Positions 47,764 to 58,036 of a stretch of DNA of 64,000 nt are shown in pieces; the first letter of the stretch is position 1, and each line of letters begins with the position of its first letter. Source of the DNA: an uncultured bacterium. GTDB lineage: Bacteria; Krumholzibacteriota; Krumholzibacteriia; LZORAL124-64-63. The translations under genes and the position numbers were made by a program. The notes below the pieces were generated by a model. It ran no database searches. It saw nothing but the letters and a program-made list of their open reading frames with translations, and was not told the origin of the DNA. Where the stretch lies: NCBI GenBank assembly GCA_903912525.1, contig CAIWHK010000032.1, positions 110,409 to 174,408 of the forward strand, in the 5' to 3' direction.

Positions 47764-49517
47764 GCCGGACCTCCCTCTGCCGCGCGCTCGCGCTTCCGGG
47801 TGGCGATATAGTCCGCCAGCCAGGCGTCGGCCTCGTCCGCCGTGGTCATGGCCAGCAGGTGGTCGGCCACCGAGCGCGCCTCGGAATAGGGTGTCCAGCG
47901 GATGACCTGCTTGACCTTCGGCAAAGCGGCGCCGTGCGTACTGATCTCGTCGAGGCCCAACCCGAACAGCACCTCCGCCAGGCGCGTCTCCGCGCTCATC
48001 TCGCCGCACAGGCCCGCCCAGATACCGGCATTATGGGCAGCGTCGACCGTGAGCTTGATCGAGCGCAACACCGCCGGGTGCAAGGGGCGATACAGGTAGG
48101 AGACCCGGCTGTTGCCACGGTCCATGGCCAGCGTGTACTGGATGAGGTCGTTGGTGCCGATGCTGAAGAAGTCGCACTCGCGGGCCAGAAGGTCCGCCGC
48201 CAGCACCGCTGCGGGAGTCTCAATCATCACGCCAACCTGGATGTCCGGTACGTGCGGTTTGCCTTCGGCCGCCAGCTCGGCCACGGCCTCGGCGCAGACT
48301 TCGCGCGCCTGCCGCAACTCCTCCACACCGGTGATCATCGGGAACATCAGCTTGGCCGAACCGGCCGCGGCCGCGCGGTAGATGGCCTTGACCTGCGTCT
48401 TGAACAGAACGCGATTGGCCAGCGAGAAGCGGATGCCCCGCCACCCGAGGAACGGGTTGTACTCGCGCTTGGCGCCCAGGTAGTCGGAGACCTTGTCGCC
48501 GCCGACGTCGAGCGTGCGGAAGATGACGGGGCGTCCCCCCATGCGGCGCACGATCTCGTTGTAGATGCGGACCTGGTCGTCCTCGGTCGGGATCGTGCCA
48601 TGCTGGAAGAACAGGTACTCGGTCCGCAGCAGGCCGATGCCCTCGGCGCCGCGCGCCAGCGCCTCCTCGACCTCGATCGGCAGCTCGATGTTGGCCATCA
48701 TCTGCACGCGGCGACCGTCAGGCGAGATTGCGGGCAGGTCCCGCAGGTACGCAAGCTTCTCGTTGACGACGACCTGCTGACGCGTCAGGACGCTGAAACG
48801 CTGGCGAGTGTCGTCATCCGGCTCGACCAGCACCTGTCCCCCGGTGCCGTCGACGGCGACAATGTCGCCAACCGCCAGCTGCGCCGCGGCGCCGCGCAGA
48901 CCCACGACCGCGGGCACGCCCAACGAACGCGCGAGGATGGCGACATGGCTGGTGTTGCCGCCCTCGTCCATCACGAAGCCGAGCACGTTGTAGCGCCCGA
49001 GCGCCGCCGTGTCGGACGGGGTCAGGTTCCGCGAGGCGATGATGCTGGGCACCGCCGGCGGCACCGGGCCGACCACGGCGCCGTCGGTGAACCCGCGCAG
49101 CACGCGCTGTTCGACGTCACGCAGGTCGTTGACGCGGTCGCGGAAGGTCGCATCCTCGATCTCGAGGAAGCGCGCCGCGAGGTCGCCCACCGTGCGCGCG
49201 AAAGCCGCCTCGGCGTTGATGCGCTCGAGGCGGATGGCCGCCAGGGTGGCGTCCCAGATCATCTCGTCTTCGAGGATCAGCAACTGGCTGGAAAGGATGG
49301 CGCCTTCTTCGCTGCCCAGTTCGTGGGTCAGCTGCTCGCTGAGGTCACGGATCTGGTCGCGGGCGCGCTCGACCGCGACGCGGAAGCGCTCGATCTCGAC
49401 CGGCACATCCTTGACGGCCACGGCGCGGCGCCGCGGCACGATGGTGGCAAGGCGGATCGTGTGGATGGGTCCGAGAGCGAAACCGGGTGAGGCGCCGATG
49501 CCCGCAAGGGTCCGCAC
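47760..49517 (-). CDS. ptsI: PTS Enzyme I
   Basis: GIGASPG, GGNTSHVAILARS, GIGLLRTE, RTLDVGGDK, NPFLGWRGIR, MIETP, IGTNDL, GLCGE. Confidence 0.97.
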   Translation of the reverse strand: MRTLAGIGASPGFALGPIHTIRLATIVPRRRAVAVKDVPVEIERFRVAVERARDQIRDLSEQLTHELGSEEGAILSSQLLILEDEMIWDATLAAIRLERINAEAAFARTVGDLAARFLEIEDATFRDRVNDLRDVEQRVLRGFTDGAVVGPVPPAVPSIIASRNLTPSDTAALGRYNVLGFVMDEGGNTSHVAILARSLGVPAVVGLRGAAAQLAVGDIVAVDGTGGQVLVEPDDDTRQRFSVLTRQQVVVNEKLAYLRDLPAISPDGRRVQMMANIELPIEVEEALARGAEGIGLLRTEYLFFQHGTIPTEDDQVRIYNEIVRRMGGRPVIFRTLDVGGDKVSDYLGAKREYNPFLGWRGIRFSLANRVLFKTQVKAIYRAAAAGSAKLMFPMITGVEELRQAREVCAEAVAELAAEGKPHVPDIQVGVMIETPAAVLAADLLARECDFFSIGTNDLIQYTLAMDRGNSRVSYLYRPLHPAVLRSIKLTVDAAHNAGIWAGLCGEMSAETRLAEVLFGLGLDEISTHGAALPKVKQVIRWTPYSEARSVADHLLAMTTADEADAWLADYIATRKRERAAEGGPA

Positions 49518-49518
49518 C

Positions 49519-49797
49519 TCAGCCCTCCGATTCCGGTTGCCCCAGGCCGACTTCAATCAGGTGCTTCAGCGCCGCCAGAGCGGCCACCTCGTCGGGCCCA
49601 TCGACCTCGACCAGGACGACCGTGCCGTATTCCGCCGCCAGACTGGCCAAACCCATGATGCTCTTGGCGTTGGCGATGCGACCCTCGAAGCGGATGGTCA
49701 CTTCGGAGGCAAACGACTTCGTCAGCTTGACGATCCGCCCAGCTGCTCGCAGGTGGAATCCGACCGGGTCGGACACTCGGGCCGTCGCCGACGTCAC
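49519..49797 (-). CDS. ptsH: PTS phosphocarrier HPr
   Basis: GFHLRAA (His15) and NAKSIMGL (Ser46). Confidence 0.95.
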   Translation of the reverse strand: MTSATARVSDPVGFHLRAAGRIVKLTKSFASEVTIRFEGRIANAKSIMGLASLAAEYGTVVLVEVDGPDEVAALAALKHLIEVGLGQPESEG

Positions 49798-49845
49798 AAT
49801 GTGCGCTTTCGGTGGAAGGCAGTTTTGAAACCAGGATTCAGCATA

Positions 49846-50658
49846 TTAACTCCCTTTGGGGCCCAACGCAAAGGCCAGCAGCAGGGCCAGGACCCCGGTG
49901 GCCAGCACCATGAATTCGCCCGCCCAGCGTCGCCGGACCACGACCGGCAGGCCCAGGGCAGCGACGAGAACGGCCAGAAGCGCCCACGGCGTTGTTCCGA
50001 CCTGCCCGCTGCCCTCCCAGGCATGGCGCAGCAGCCAGCCGGCCGAAAGACCGGCCAGCACCCTGACCGCCCGCTTGGCCCCGGCGATCGCCCGGTGCCA
50101 GCGCGGGTCGCCCAGGAGCGAGACGATGTCGTAGCCGGCCGCGTAGCCGCGCCCGAGCGCTCGCCAGCGCCAGACCAACTGCCCCGCACCCACGACCAGA
50201 CCCAGGGCGACCACGAGCCAAACCTGGCCCGCCAGCGCCAGGGCGCAGCCGAGCAGGGCCACCATCGGGCGCAGGCCCAGCCAGAACAACTGGTCCCCCA
50301 GCGATGCCAGCGCACGCGCCAGGGAATCACGGAAGATTTGCGCCTGGCCCCGGGGCAAGCCCCCGACGCCTTCACGTTCGCGCTCCAGCCTGAGCAGCCC
50401 GCCGATGACGTAACCGGCCAGGTAGGGGTTCGTGTTGAAGAACTCGTAGTACCGGCGGCAGAACAGCCGGTCGCGCTCCGGATCGCGTTCGCGGCCACGC
50501 AGCCACGGCATCAGGCAGACCAACAAGCCCAGGTTCTGCATACGCTGGTGGTTCCAGGAAGCCTGCAGCCCCAGCGAGCGGAAGAACACGGCGCACCGCA
50601 GCCCCTTCGGCAGGCTGGCCACGGTGTCACTGGCGCCGGGCCTGACCGGTCCACTCAC
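49846..50658 (-). CDS. PTS mannose-family IID component
   Basis: LQASWNHQRMQNLG, FFNTNP, LASLGDQLFW..LRP. Confidence 0.88.
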   Translation of the reverse strand: MSGPVRPGASDTVASLPKGLRCAVFFRSLGLQASWNHQRMQNLGLLVCLMPWLRGRERDPERDRLFCRRYYEFFNTNPYLAGYVIGGLLRLEREREGVGGLPRGQAQIFRDSLARALASLGDQLFWLGLRPMVALLGCALALAGQVWLVVALGLVVGAGQLVWRWRALGRGYAAGYDIVSLLGDPRWHRAIAGAKRAVRVLAGLSAGWLLRHAWEGSGQVGTTPWALLAVLVAALGLPVVVRRRWAGEFMVLATGVLALLLAFALGPKGS

Positions 50659-51422
50659 GTCAGCACCCCCAGCGCCCAGCCCGCGATCGCGCCGGCGCCG
50701 ACCCAGCGCCAGTGCCGACCGACTCCGTAGCGCTCCAGGACCGCTCCCACGCCCAGCGCGGAGGCGAGCACGGGTACCCAGGCCATCGCGCCCCTCAGCC
50801 CCGCCGGAAGCGCCTCGAAGGCAGGCACCCACAGCCCCGCCATCGCCAGCACGCCCACTCCGCCGTAGAGCACGCCGCGCACCAGCGTGGCAGCCAGGCA
50901 TCGCCCGTGGATTCTCTCCACCCGCGAGAGGTTCCCGTCGCGCAGCGTCCGGCGCCCCTGCAGCATCCAGATGAGATGCAACCGGCGCTCGGCCTGAATC
51001 AGGGGATGCCCACCGAGGCTCCACAGGGCTGCCCCCAACAGCAGCCAGCCGGTCAGCGCCAGATCACCGCGCGGCGCCCCTTCGGTCAGGCCGTGGAACC
51101 CCCCGAGCGCCGCCGGCACCTTGCCGGCGAGAATCGCGCCGCCCACCGCGGCCACGGCGCCGGCCGAGGCGTCCCCGGTCACCGTCTGGCCCACGGGAAG
51201 GTTCATCACCAGCGCGAGCTGGAGCGGCAGCCCGACAGCCAGCCCGAGCAGCGGATGTCCGCACACCAGGCCCGCCACCGCGGCGGCCGGCAAGGGTTGG
51301 CTCAGCCAGGTCTGCCCGAGCGCCGTGTCATCGAGCGCGAGCAGACCCGACAACAAAGCCAGCCAGCCCAGGAGCGCCCAATGCGCCCCGGTGAACCCGC
51401 CCATCATGTCGATGGCGGTCAC
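50655..51422 (-). CDS. PTS mannose-family IIC component (divergent)
   Basis: LD..GQTWLSQPL..GL..G..LQL..PVG; position between IIB and IID. Confidence 0.8.
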   Translation of the reverse strand: MTAIDMMGGFTGAHWALLGWLALLSGLLALDDTALGQTWLSQPLPAAAVAGLVCGHPLLGLAVGLPLQLALVMNLPVGQTVTGDASAGAVAAVGGAILAGKVPAALGGFHGLTEGAPRGDLALTGWLLLGAALWSLGGHPLIQAERRLHLIWMLQGRRTLRDGNLSRVERIHGRCLAATLVRGVLYGGVGVLAMAGLWVPAFEALPAGLRGAMAWVPVLASALGVGAVLERYGVGRHWRWVGAGAIAGWALGVLT

Positions 51423-51916
51423 AGGCGCGGCTCCATGGCGGCCAGTTGCTCGGCTCCCAGCACATGCTCGCGCCCGCCAGGGACCTGCTGTGCGTAAAGG
51501 GTCAGGCCCGCGACCAGAAGGCGGCGCATCGCCTCGATGTCCAGCCTGTCGATGAAGACGAAAGGAAGCATCTCGACCTTGCCCGTCCCAAAATGCATCC
51601 CGCCGATGTTCACCGACGGCAGCGGCGCGCCGAGATGGGCCAGGTCGCTCATTTCAGCGGGTGTCGCGGTCAGGACGATGATGCGTTCGCTGACGGTCTC
51701 GCCGCCGCGCAGCGCCGCCGCCGCGCGGGCCAACGACAGGACCGAGACGGCAATGGAAGGCGGCACCGAACTGGCGTAGACACGGCTCTGCCAGGGGTCG
51801 GCGGCGATTTCGTTGCTGGCCAGGATGATGCGATCCGGGCGCAGGCGCTCGCTCCAGCCGACGGTGACCTGCCCGTGGATCAGGCGGTCGTCGACGCGGG
51901 CCAGGACGACGGGCAT
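51419..51916 (-). CDS. PTS mannose-family IIB component
   Basis: RVDDRLIHGQV, VNIGGMH, QQVP. Confidence 0.94.
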   Translation of the reverse strand: MPVVLARVDDRLIHGQVTVGWSERLRPDRIILASNEIAADPWQSRVYASSVPPSIAVSVLSLARAAAALRGGETVSERIIVLTATPAEMSDLAHLGAPLPSVNIGGMHFGTGKVEMLPFVFIDRLDIEAMRRLLVAGLTLYAQQVPGGREHVLGAEQLAAMEPRL

Positions 51917-52312
51917 CTAGCGGCCCCCGACCAGCGTGATCGCCTCGCGACCCTTGCGCACGAGGCGACTGACGAGTTCGTCGAACTCGTCGTTCTCGCG
52001 CCAGGTCAGGAAGCCGAGCAGCATGGCGAGGTTCACCCCGCTGATGATGGCCCGCCCCGGCTCGTGGCCGCAGGCCAACTGGGCAGCCGTGGCGCAGCTG
52101 CCGCCGTAGTCGTCGACGAGGATCACGCCGCCCGGAGAGCCGGTCGCGCTCCCTTCCTCCAGCCAGGCCGTGAGATCGGCCTTGAGGTCGGGCAGCGACT
52201 TTCCGCTGTTGCTCATGGCCGTCAGGCCCTCGACCGGTCCGAGGATGAGCCCGGTGACCCGCACCAGTTCGGCGCCGATGTTCCCGTGCGTGATGACAAG
52301 GCAGCGGATCAT
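51917..52312 (-). CDS. PTS mannose-family IIA component
   Basis: ITHG, LVDDYGGS, ISGVNLAMLL. Confidence 0.92.
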   Translation of the reverse strand: MIRCLVITHGNIGAELVRVTGLILGPVEGLTAMSNSGKSLPDLKADLTAWLEEGSATGSPGGVILVDDYGGSCATAAQLACGHEPGRAIISGVNLAMLLGFLTWRENDEFDELVSRLVRKGREAITLVGGR

Positions 52313-52337
52313 CCCGCCATCCTTCCCGCGGAGCGCG

Positions 52338-53306
52338 TCATTCGCGGTCCTGCTCGAGGTAATCGCGCAGCCGGCTGCTCGAACGCATCGACTCGAGGAT
52401 GCGCTCGTTGAGCACCTGCGCCGCGTCGTAGCCGTAGATCTTCAACATGAAGTTCAGGGCGATGACTTCGCTGATCACCGTGATGTTCTTGCCCGGGAAC
52501 AACGGCACAGCCACCTGCGGGATGCGCACGCCCAGGATCTCGGTCTGCCGGTTCTCCAGCCCCATACGCTCGTAGTCGGCTGCGTCGTCCCACTCCTGAA
52601 GCTGCACTTCGACCTCGACGCGCTTCTGCATGCGGATGGCGCGGATGCCGAAGATGGCCTGGACATCGATCACGCCGACGCCGCGGATCTCCAGATGGTG
52701 GCGGAGCACCTCGCGGTGGCCGCCGATGAGGACGTCCTCGGCGGTGCGGCGAATCTCGACGATGTCGTCGGCAACCAGTCGGTGGCCGCGCTCGATCAGG
52801 TCGAGCGCGCATTCGCTCTTGCCGATGCCGCTCCGCCCGGTGAAGAGCAGGCCCACGCCGTACACGTCCACGAGCGTGCCGTGGACCTCGGTCCGCGGTG
52901 CGAACCGGCGCTCGAGGTTGTGGGCGAGCTCGGTCATGAATTCGACCGCCGGCAGCGTCGAGCGGATAAGCGGAAAGTCGCGCTCGCGGGCCAGCGACAG
53001 GACGCCCTCGGGCACCGTCTGGTCCATGGCGATGAAGATCACCGGCGGGTCCAGGCTGAGCACGCGCTCGACGGCGACCCGCTGCTCAGCCTCCGAGAGC
53101 GTCGCCAGGTAGGCCGTCTCGGACTCGCCGAAGACCTGGATGCGGGAGGGCAGGAAGTTCTCGGCGAAACCCATCAGGGCCATGCCGGGACGGTGGACGT
53201 CGGGAGCCAGCACCGGCAGCGGCCGCGCAGGCAGCGGCACGAGCGGTTCCAGCAACAGGGTCTCCCGGAGTTCCTGGAAGAGGCCCTGGACCGTCACGTT
53301 GGACAT
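52338..53306 (-). CDS. hprK: HPr(Ser) kinase/phosphorylase
   Basis: HRPG, RIQVFG, HGTLVDVYGVG, GRSGIGKSE, HRLVADD, LEIRGVGVID. Confidence 0.97.
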   Translation of the reverse strand: MSNVTVQGLFQELRETLLLEPLVPLPARPLPVLAPDVHRPGMALMGFAENFLPSRIQVFGESETAYLATLSEAEQRVAVERVLSLDPPVIFIAMDQTVPEGVLSLARERDFPLIRSTLPAVEFMTELAHNLERRFAPRTEVHGTLVDVYGVGLLFTGRSGIGKSECALDLIERGHRLVADDIVEIRRTAEDVLIGGHREVLRHHLEIRGVGVIDVQAIFGIRAIRMQKRVEVEVQLQEWDDAADYERMGLENRQTEILGVRIPQVAVPLFPGKNITVISEVIALNFMLKIYGYDAAQVLNERILESMRSSSRLRDYLEQDRE

Positions 53307-53367
53307 CGGTGCGTCTCCCGCCTTCAAACGCAGGGCGGGGACCCGTCGGCCCCCGCCCCCGTCACGT

Positions 53368-53895
53368 TCAGTCCTGGGTCGGTTCCATGTGACCCAGGGC
53401 GCCGTCGGCGCGCCGGTAGATCACGCCCAGCCGGGAATTGGCCGAGTTGCGGAACACCAGGAATGGCACCGAACCGCCGGCGAACCGCGCCTTGGCCTCG
53501 TCAATGTCGAGGTCAGGCAGGACCAGGCCCTCCGCCTCGTCGATGCTGATGGCGCCGAGGTCGCCGTCCAGAAGCGCCCGGCCGAGGCCACCGTCCTCGC
53601 CCTTGTGGCGGTCGGTCATGCGATCCTTGAACTTCGTCAGCTGCTTCTTGAGGCTTTCGACCATCTCATCGACAGCGTATTCGGGCTCCTGGCCCTCGCC
53701 CGTGGCCCGGAACTCGTGGTTCTTGAGGTGGAGCACCGAATCGGCCACGAACTGCCCGGCATCGTGGTCGATATTGATTTTGAAACTCTGGACCGGTCGC
53801 GGAATGAACTTCTCCAGTTTCCCGATCGCCGCCTCTACGGTCTCCCGCTGGTCATCCTTGAGGGTGAAGTGGCGGGCCTTGATTTCCATCAGCAT
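53368..53895 (-). CDS. hpf: Ribosome hibernation promoting factor (long form)
   Basis: EIKARH, YAVDEMVESLKKQLTKFKDR, C-terminal FLVFRN..VIYRRADG; follows rpoN. Confidence 0.9.
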   Translation of the reverse strand: MLMEIKARHFTLKDDQRETVEAAIGKLEKFIPRPVQSFKINIDHDAGQFVADSVLHLKNHEFRATGEGQEPEYAVDEMVESLKKQLTKFKDRMTDRHKGEDGGLGRALLDGDLGAISIDEAEGLVLPDLDIDEAKARFAGGSVPFLVFRNSANSRLGVIYRRADGALGHMEPTQD

Positions 53896-53961
53896 GGCGT
53901 CCTCCTCGCTGGCTGGCGAATTCTCCGCGCTGCAGTCCGGTTTCCCGTGACTGAACCGATT

Positions 53962-55446
53962 CTAGAACTGCTTGCGCATACGCGCACTCAAAATCCCCAT
54001 CTGTTCCCTGTATTTGGCCACCGTACGCCGGGCAATTTTCAGGCCCCCTTCCTGGAGCATATCGACAATTTTCTTGTCCGACAAAGGCCGGGCCGTGTTT
54101 TCGGCGTCAATGATCTCCCGGATCATGATCTTGACGGCCTTGGCCGACACGTCCTCGCCGGTGTCGGAGTCCAGGCCGGCGCTGAAGAAGAACTTCAGGG
54201 GGAACACCCCGCGCGGGGTCTGCACGTATTTCTGACGTGTCACGCGCGAGACGGTCGACTCGTGCATCCCAATCGTCGAGGCGACCTGCTGCAGGGTGAG
54301 CGGGCGCAGCGCGATGGCGCCCTTCTCGAAGAACTCGCGCTGCTCACCGACGATCGCCTCCATCACCTTGATCATGGTGCGGCGGCGCTGCTCGATGGTC
54401 TTGATGACCCACTCCGCATGACGCTTGCGTTCGTCGATGAACTTGACCGCATCCTCGCTCGTCTGGACGGTGCCCTCGTAGGCCTGGCTCACCCGCAACC
54501 GCGGGATATTGCCGTCATTCAGGTAGACGGCGTACTCGAGCCCGTCCTCGTCGACCTTCACGACCTCCAGGTCGGGCACGATGGCGCGCGCGCCCACGGT
54601 GTTCAGCGAGAGACCCGGTCGCGGATCGAGTTCACCGATGCGCTGGGCGACTTCCTGCACCTGCTTGACCGTCAGGTGCAGGTCGCGGGCGATGTCGTTG
54701 AACTTGTGGTTCTTCAGGGCCTCGAAATGTTCCTTGACCACCGTGGCCTCGTCCGATTCGGCCAACCCGTGGGCCTCCAGCTGCAGCAGGAGGCATTCCT
54801 GGAGGCTTCGCGCAGCGACGCCGGGCGGGTCGAACCCCTGCACCACGCGGAGCACCGCCTCGACGGCCGCCTGGGAGACGTCGAAGTAGGTCGCGATCTC
54901 CTCCACGCTGCAGCCGAGGAGCCCGTCCTCGTTGAGACAGCCGATGATGTACTCGCCGATCGAGCGCTCGATTCCATCGGGCACGGCCAGGTGCAGCTGG
55001 TCGGTCAGGTCCTCCTGGCCGCTCGGCACGTATTTCTGGGGACGTTCAAGTTCGTCCTCTTCGTCCCAGCCCTGGTCCAGCGACACGGACTGGAAGCCGT
55101 CGTCGAAACTGTCGGCCCAGTCGCGCCGCTCTTCCATGTTGTCACCCACGCCGTCGTCGGCGCCGTCGCGCAGATCCTCGTCCGCATCCGGCCCTTGCTC
55201 GGAATCCGGATCACGCTCGTCGGCCGCCGCGCCGTCCGGGCTGTCCTCGGACTGGTCGCTGCCGTCCGGTTCCTCGTCCGCTTCGATCTCTTCGAGCAGC
55301 GGATTGCCCTGGAGTTCCAAGCGCAGGATCTGCTCGAGCTCCAGCGTCGGCACCTGCAGCAGCTTGAGGGCCTGTTGCAGGCGCTGGGTCATGACCAGCT
55401 GCTGGCGCAGCTGCATGCTCTGTCGCAATCCGAGATTCGGTGCCAT
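53962..55446 (-). CDS. rpoN: RNA polymerase sigma-54 factor
   Basis: LQQALKLLQ, NPLLE, DPPGVAARSLQECLLLQL, HESTVSR, PLSD, RpoN box ARRTVAKYRE. Confidence 0.98.
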   Translation of the reverse strand: MAPNLGLRQSMQLRQQLVMTQRLQQALKLLQVPTLELEQILRLELQGNPLLEEIEADEEPDGSDQSEDSPDGAAADERDPDSEQGPDADEDLRDGADDGVGDNMEERRDWADSFDDGFQSVSLDQGWDEEDELERPQKYVPSGQEDLTDQLHLAVPDGIERSIGEYIIGCLNEDGLLGCSVEEIATYFDVSQAAVEAVLRVVQGFDPPGVAARSLQECLLLQLEAHGLAESDEATVVKEHFEALKNHKFNDIARDLHLTVKQVQEVAQRIGELDPRPGLSLNTVGARAIVPDLEVVKVDEDGLEYAVYLNDGNIPRLRVSQAYEGTVQTSEDAVKFIDERKRHAEWVIKTIEQRRRTMIKVMEAIVGEQREFFEKGAIALRPLTLQQVASTIGMHESTVSRVTRQKYVQTPRGVFPLKFFFSAGLDSDTGEDVSAKAVKIMIREIIDAENTARPLSDKKIVDMLQEGGLKIARRTVAKYREQMGILSARMRKQF

Positions 55447-55520
55447 TGATGTGTGCCTTCCCTGGCCCGCCGCCCGGTTCCGTCCGGGGGCGCCTGTTTC
55501 GGCCTTGCGGGCCGGAACGT

Positions 55521-56261
55521 CTAGAGCCGGAACTTCTCGCCCAGGTAGATCTCCCGGGCCTTGGGTGATGATACGATCTCGGCGGCGCTGCCCGCCAGTT
55601 CGATGCGTCCCTCGAACAGGATATACGCGCGATCGGTGATCGTCAGCGTCTCGCGGACGTTGTGGTCCGTGATCAGGACCCCCAGGCCGCGGTCCCGCAG
55701 GGCGGAAACCACGCTTTGCAGGTCAGCGACCGCAATCGGGTCGATTCCCGCGAACGGCTCGTCCAGCAGCATGAACTTGGGTTCGGTGACCAGCGCGCGC
55801 GCGATTTCCACCCGCCGGCGCTCGCCGCCGGAAAGTTCGTAGCCGCGGCTGCGCCGGATGTGGGTCACGCCCATCATCTCCAGCAGTTCCTCGAGCCGGC
55901 GCCGGCGGTCCGCGCCACTGAGCTTCCGGCTCTCGAGAATCGCCATCACGTTCTGCTCGACGGTCAACCGCCGGAAGATGGACGAGTCCTGCGGCAGGTA
56001 GCCGATGCCCAGGCGCGCCCGCTTGTACATGGGCAGGCGCGAAAGGTCGCGTCCGTCCAGGCTGACTCTGCCGCTGTCGGGCGTGATGAAGCCGACGATC
56101 ATGTAGAATGACGTGGTCTTGCCCGCCCCGTTCGGACCGAGAAGGCCGACCACCTCGCCCTGCCGCAACTCGAGGTCGACGTTGTCGACGACGGCGCGGC
56201 TGCGGTAGACCTTTCGCAGGCCCTCGGCCCGGAGCACCGAATTGTTGCCCGTTTCGCTCAT
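55521..56261 (-). CDS. lptB: LPS export ABC ATPase LptB
   Basis: [64 protein letters not shown]. Confidence 0.97.
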   Translation of the reverse strand: MSETGNNSVLRAEGLRKVYRSRAVVDNVDLELRQGEVVGLLGPNGAGKTTSFYMIVGFITPDSGRVSLDGRDLSRLPMYKRARLGIGYLPQDSSIFRRLTVEQNVMAILESRKLSGADRRRRLEELLEMMGVTHIRRSRGYELSGGERRRVEIARALVTEPKFMLLDEPFAGIDPIAVADLQSVVSALRDRGLGVLITDHNVRETLTITDRAYILFEGRIELAGSAAEIVSSPKAREIYLGEKFRL

Positions 56262-56869
56262 GGGCGCTCCCCTGCTGCGGTGGCCGGGTCCGCCACCTCG
56301 GCCTTCACGTCGCGTTTGATCTCGACGTACTCGAGATCCGGCGTGGCGTCGAGCCCGTTTCCGGTCAGCACGTCCGTCCCGCGAGTGAAGCGGTTGGCAA
56401 CGTCGTTGCGGATGCGGCCCGTCTCGTTGTCGAAGAACAGCTCGGGCGTCTGCAGCCGCCGGCCATCGTCGGTCGTGATGTCGACTGTGCCCCAGACGTG
56501 GACAGCGCGCGTGCGCTGGTTCACCTTGCCGCTGTCGGCGTCCAGCACAGACCAGTGCTCGCCGGCGCGGTAGAAATCCATGTGCACATCGACCAGGTCG
56601 ACGTCCTCGCGATCGGCGAAGCGGCGCATCGACTGGCTGCCGAGCACCCAGGCACGCACGCCCTGCTCGGTCTCCGTCAGCGTGTAGTCCGTGAACTCCT
56701 GGACGGGCCCCTCCGGACGGACGGACGGTACCCCGCGTACGGCGGCTCCGCCCGAAGCCGGCTGGTCCGATCGCCCGCAACCGCCAAGAGCCAGGAAGCC
56801 GGTGGCTGCCAGGCAGACAGCTGCCGCCGGCAGGCTGCGGCTTTGGTTGTGGCGTCGGAAGTCGCTCAT
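56258..56869 (-). CDS. lptC: LPS export protein LptC
   Basis: N-terminal anchor (LALGGC), [27 protein letters not shown] jellyroll; upstream of lptB. Confidence 0.82.
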   Translation of the reverse strand: MSDFRRHNQSRSLPAAAVCLAATGFLALGGCGRSDQPASGGAAVRGVPSVRPEGPVQEFTDYTLTETEQGVRAWVLGSQSMRRFADREDVDLVDVHMDFYRAGEHWSVLDADSGKVNQRTRAVHVWGTVDITTDDGRRLQTPELFFDNETGRIRNDVANRFTRGTDVLTGNGLDATPDLEYVEIKRDVKAEVADPATAAGERP

Positions 56870-57879
56870 GACCCGCCCTTGTCGACCGGCGCCGCCGGCG
56901 CCGTCTCCACGTTCCATCGTCGGTGGTACCAGACCCACTCCGCCGGGTTCCGGCGAATGCGGGCCTCGAGGTGGCTGTTCATCCATTGCAGGCAGGCCGT
57001 CACCTGCTCCTGCCGTGGCGCCGCGTCTTCGGCCCGCCACGGCGGCGCATGCCAGACCTCGTGACCCCGGCCGTCGACGGTCCTGGCCATGGCCGTGACG
57101 ACCACCGTCGCCTGCAACCCCACCGCCAGGCGCGCCGGCCCCGTCGGCGTCGGCGCCGGCCGGCCGAAGAACGGCACCGGCGCGCTGTCAACGGCCGTGT
57201 TCTGGTCCACCAGGATCGCCGCCACTCCACCGCTGCGCAGGCAGGCCAGCAGCGGCCCCGCACCATCCTCGCGCCGCAGAAGGGACAACCCCAGCGACTC
57301 GCGCCGGCGCGCAAGCCACCGATCGACCGCCGGGTTGCGGACCGTGCCGGTTACCACGTGCAGGGGCCCCGCACCGCGTGCCGCCAGCTCCCGCCCCAGC
57401 CAGGCGCCGTGGAGTTCCCAGCAGCCCAGATGCCCCGAGAGCACGAGCACCGCGCGCCCGGCCGCACGTTCGGCCACGATCAGGTCCACCAGGCCCCGGC
57501 CATCGGCATCCGGCAGGTCTGTGACCGCCGCTGGGCCGTCCAGCAGCCGTCCGGCCACGAGTGTGTCGAACAGGTTGCTTCCGGCAGCGTCGGCGCTGGC
57601 CCGCAGCAACTGCGTTCGCCGGCGGTCGTCCAGTTCGGGCAGCGCCCAGGCGAGGTTCGCCGCCGCCTGGGCCCGTTCGCGCGGCCGCACCAGCAACGCC
57701 AACCGGGCCAATGCACGCCCGCAGGCCCTACCCACCGGGACCGGGAGCAGATCCGCCACGCCAGCCACCGCCAACAGCAACAGCCAATACAGGCGCCGAC
57801 GCAGGCGCCGCCACCAGGGCAATCGCTGATGGCCGTTCCGGCCGCGACCGCCCCCGCCCGGGTTACGGAAGGCCCGCAC
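56866..57879 (-). CDS. lpxL: Lipid A late acyltransferase (LpxL/HtrB family)
   Basis: [39 protein letters not shown]; start approximate. Confidence 0.85.
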   Translation of the reverse strand: MRAFRNPGGGGRGRNGHQRLPWWRRLRRRLYWLLLLAVAGVADLLPVPVGRACGRALARLALLVRPRERAQAAANLAWALPELDDRRRTQLLRASADAAGSNLFDTLVAGRLLDGPAAVTDLPDADGRGLVDLIVAERAAGRAVLVLSGHLGCWELHGAWLGRELAARGAGPLHVVTGTVRNPAVDRWLARRRESLGLSLLRREDGAGPLLACLRSGGVAAILVDQNTAVDSAPVPFFGRPAPTPTGPARLAVGLQATVVVTAMARTVDGRGHEVWHAPPWRAEDAAPRQEQVTACLQWMNSHLEARIRRNPAEWVWYHRRWNVETAPAAPVDKGGS

Positions 57880-57941
57880 CGCGGCGCCCCGCGCCTTTCG
57901 GCCCCGGTTCACAGGATCCGGGCGCAGGGGAGCGGCCGTCA

Positions 57942-57957
57942 AGCAGGAAATGTGCCA
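57942..57957 (-). promoter_or_regulatory. Sigma-54 -24/-12 element upstream of lpxL-lptCB-rpoN
   Basis: TGGCACATTTCCTGCT (GG-N10-GC) preceded by an AT-rich AATCAATTAAATG tract. Confidence 0.6.
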
Positions 57958-58036
57958 TGCATTTAATTGATTGAGAGACGCCATGTTAGCGCTCAGGCGC
58001 AGCATTTCGGCGTCAGCCGCCGGCGGCAGGCGAGAA

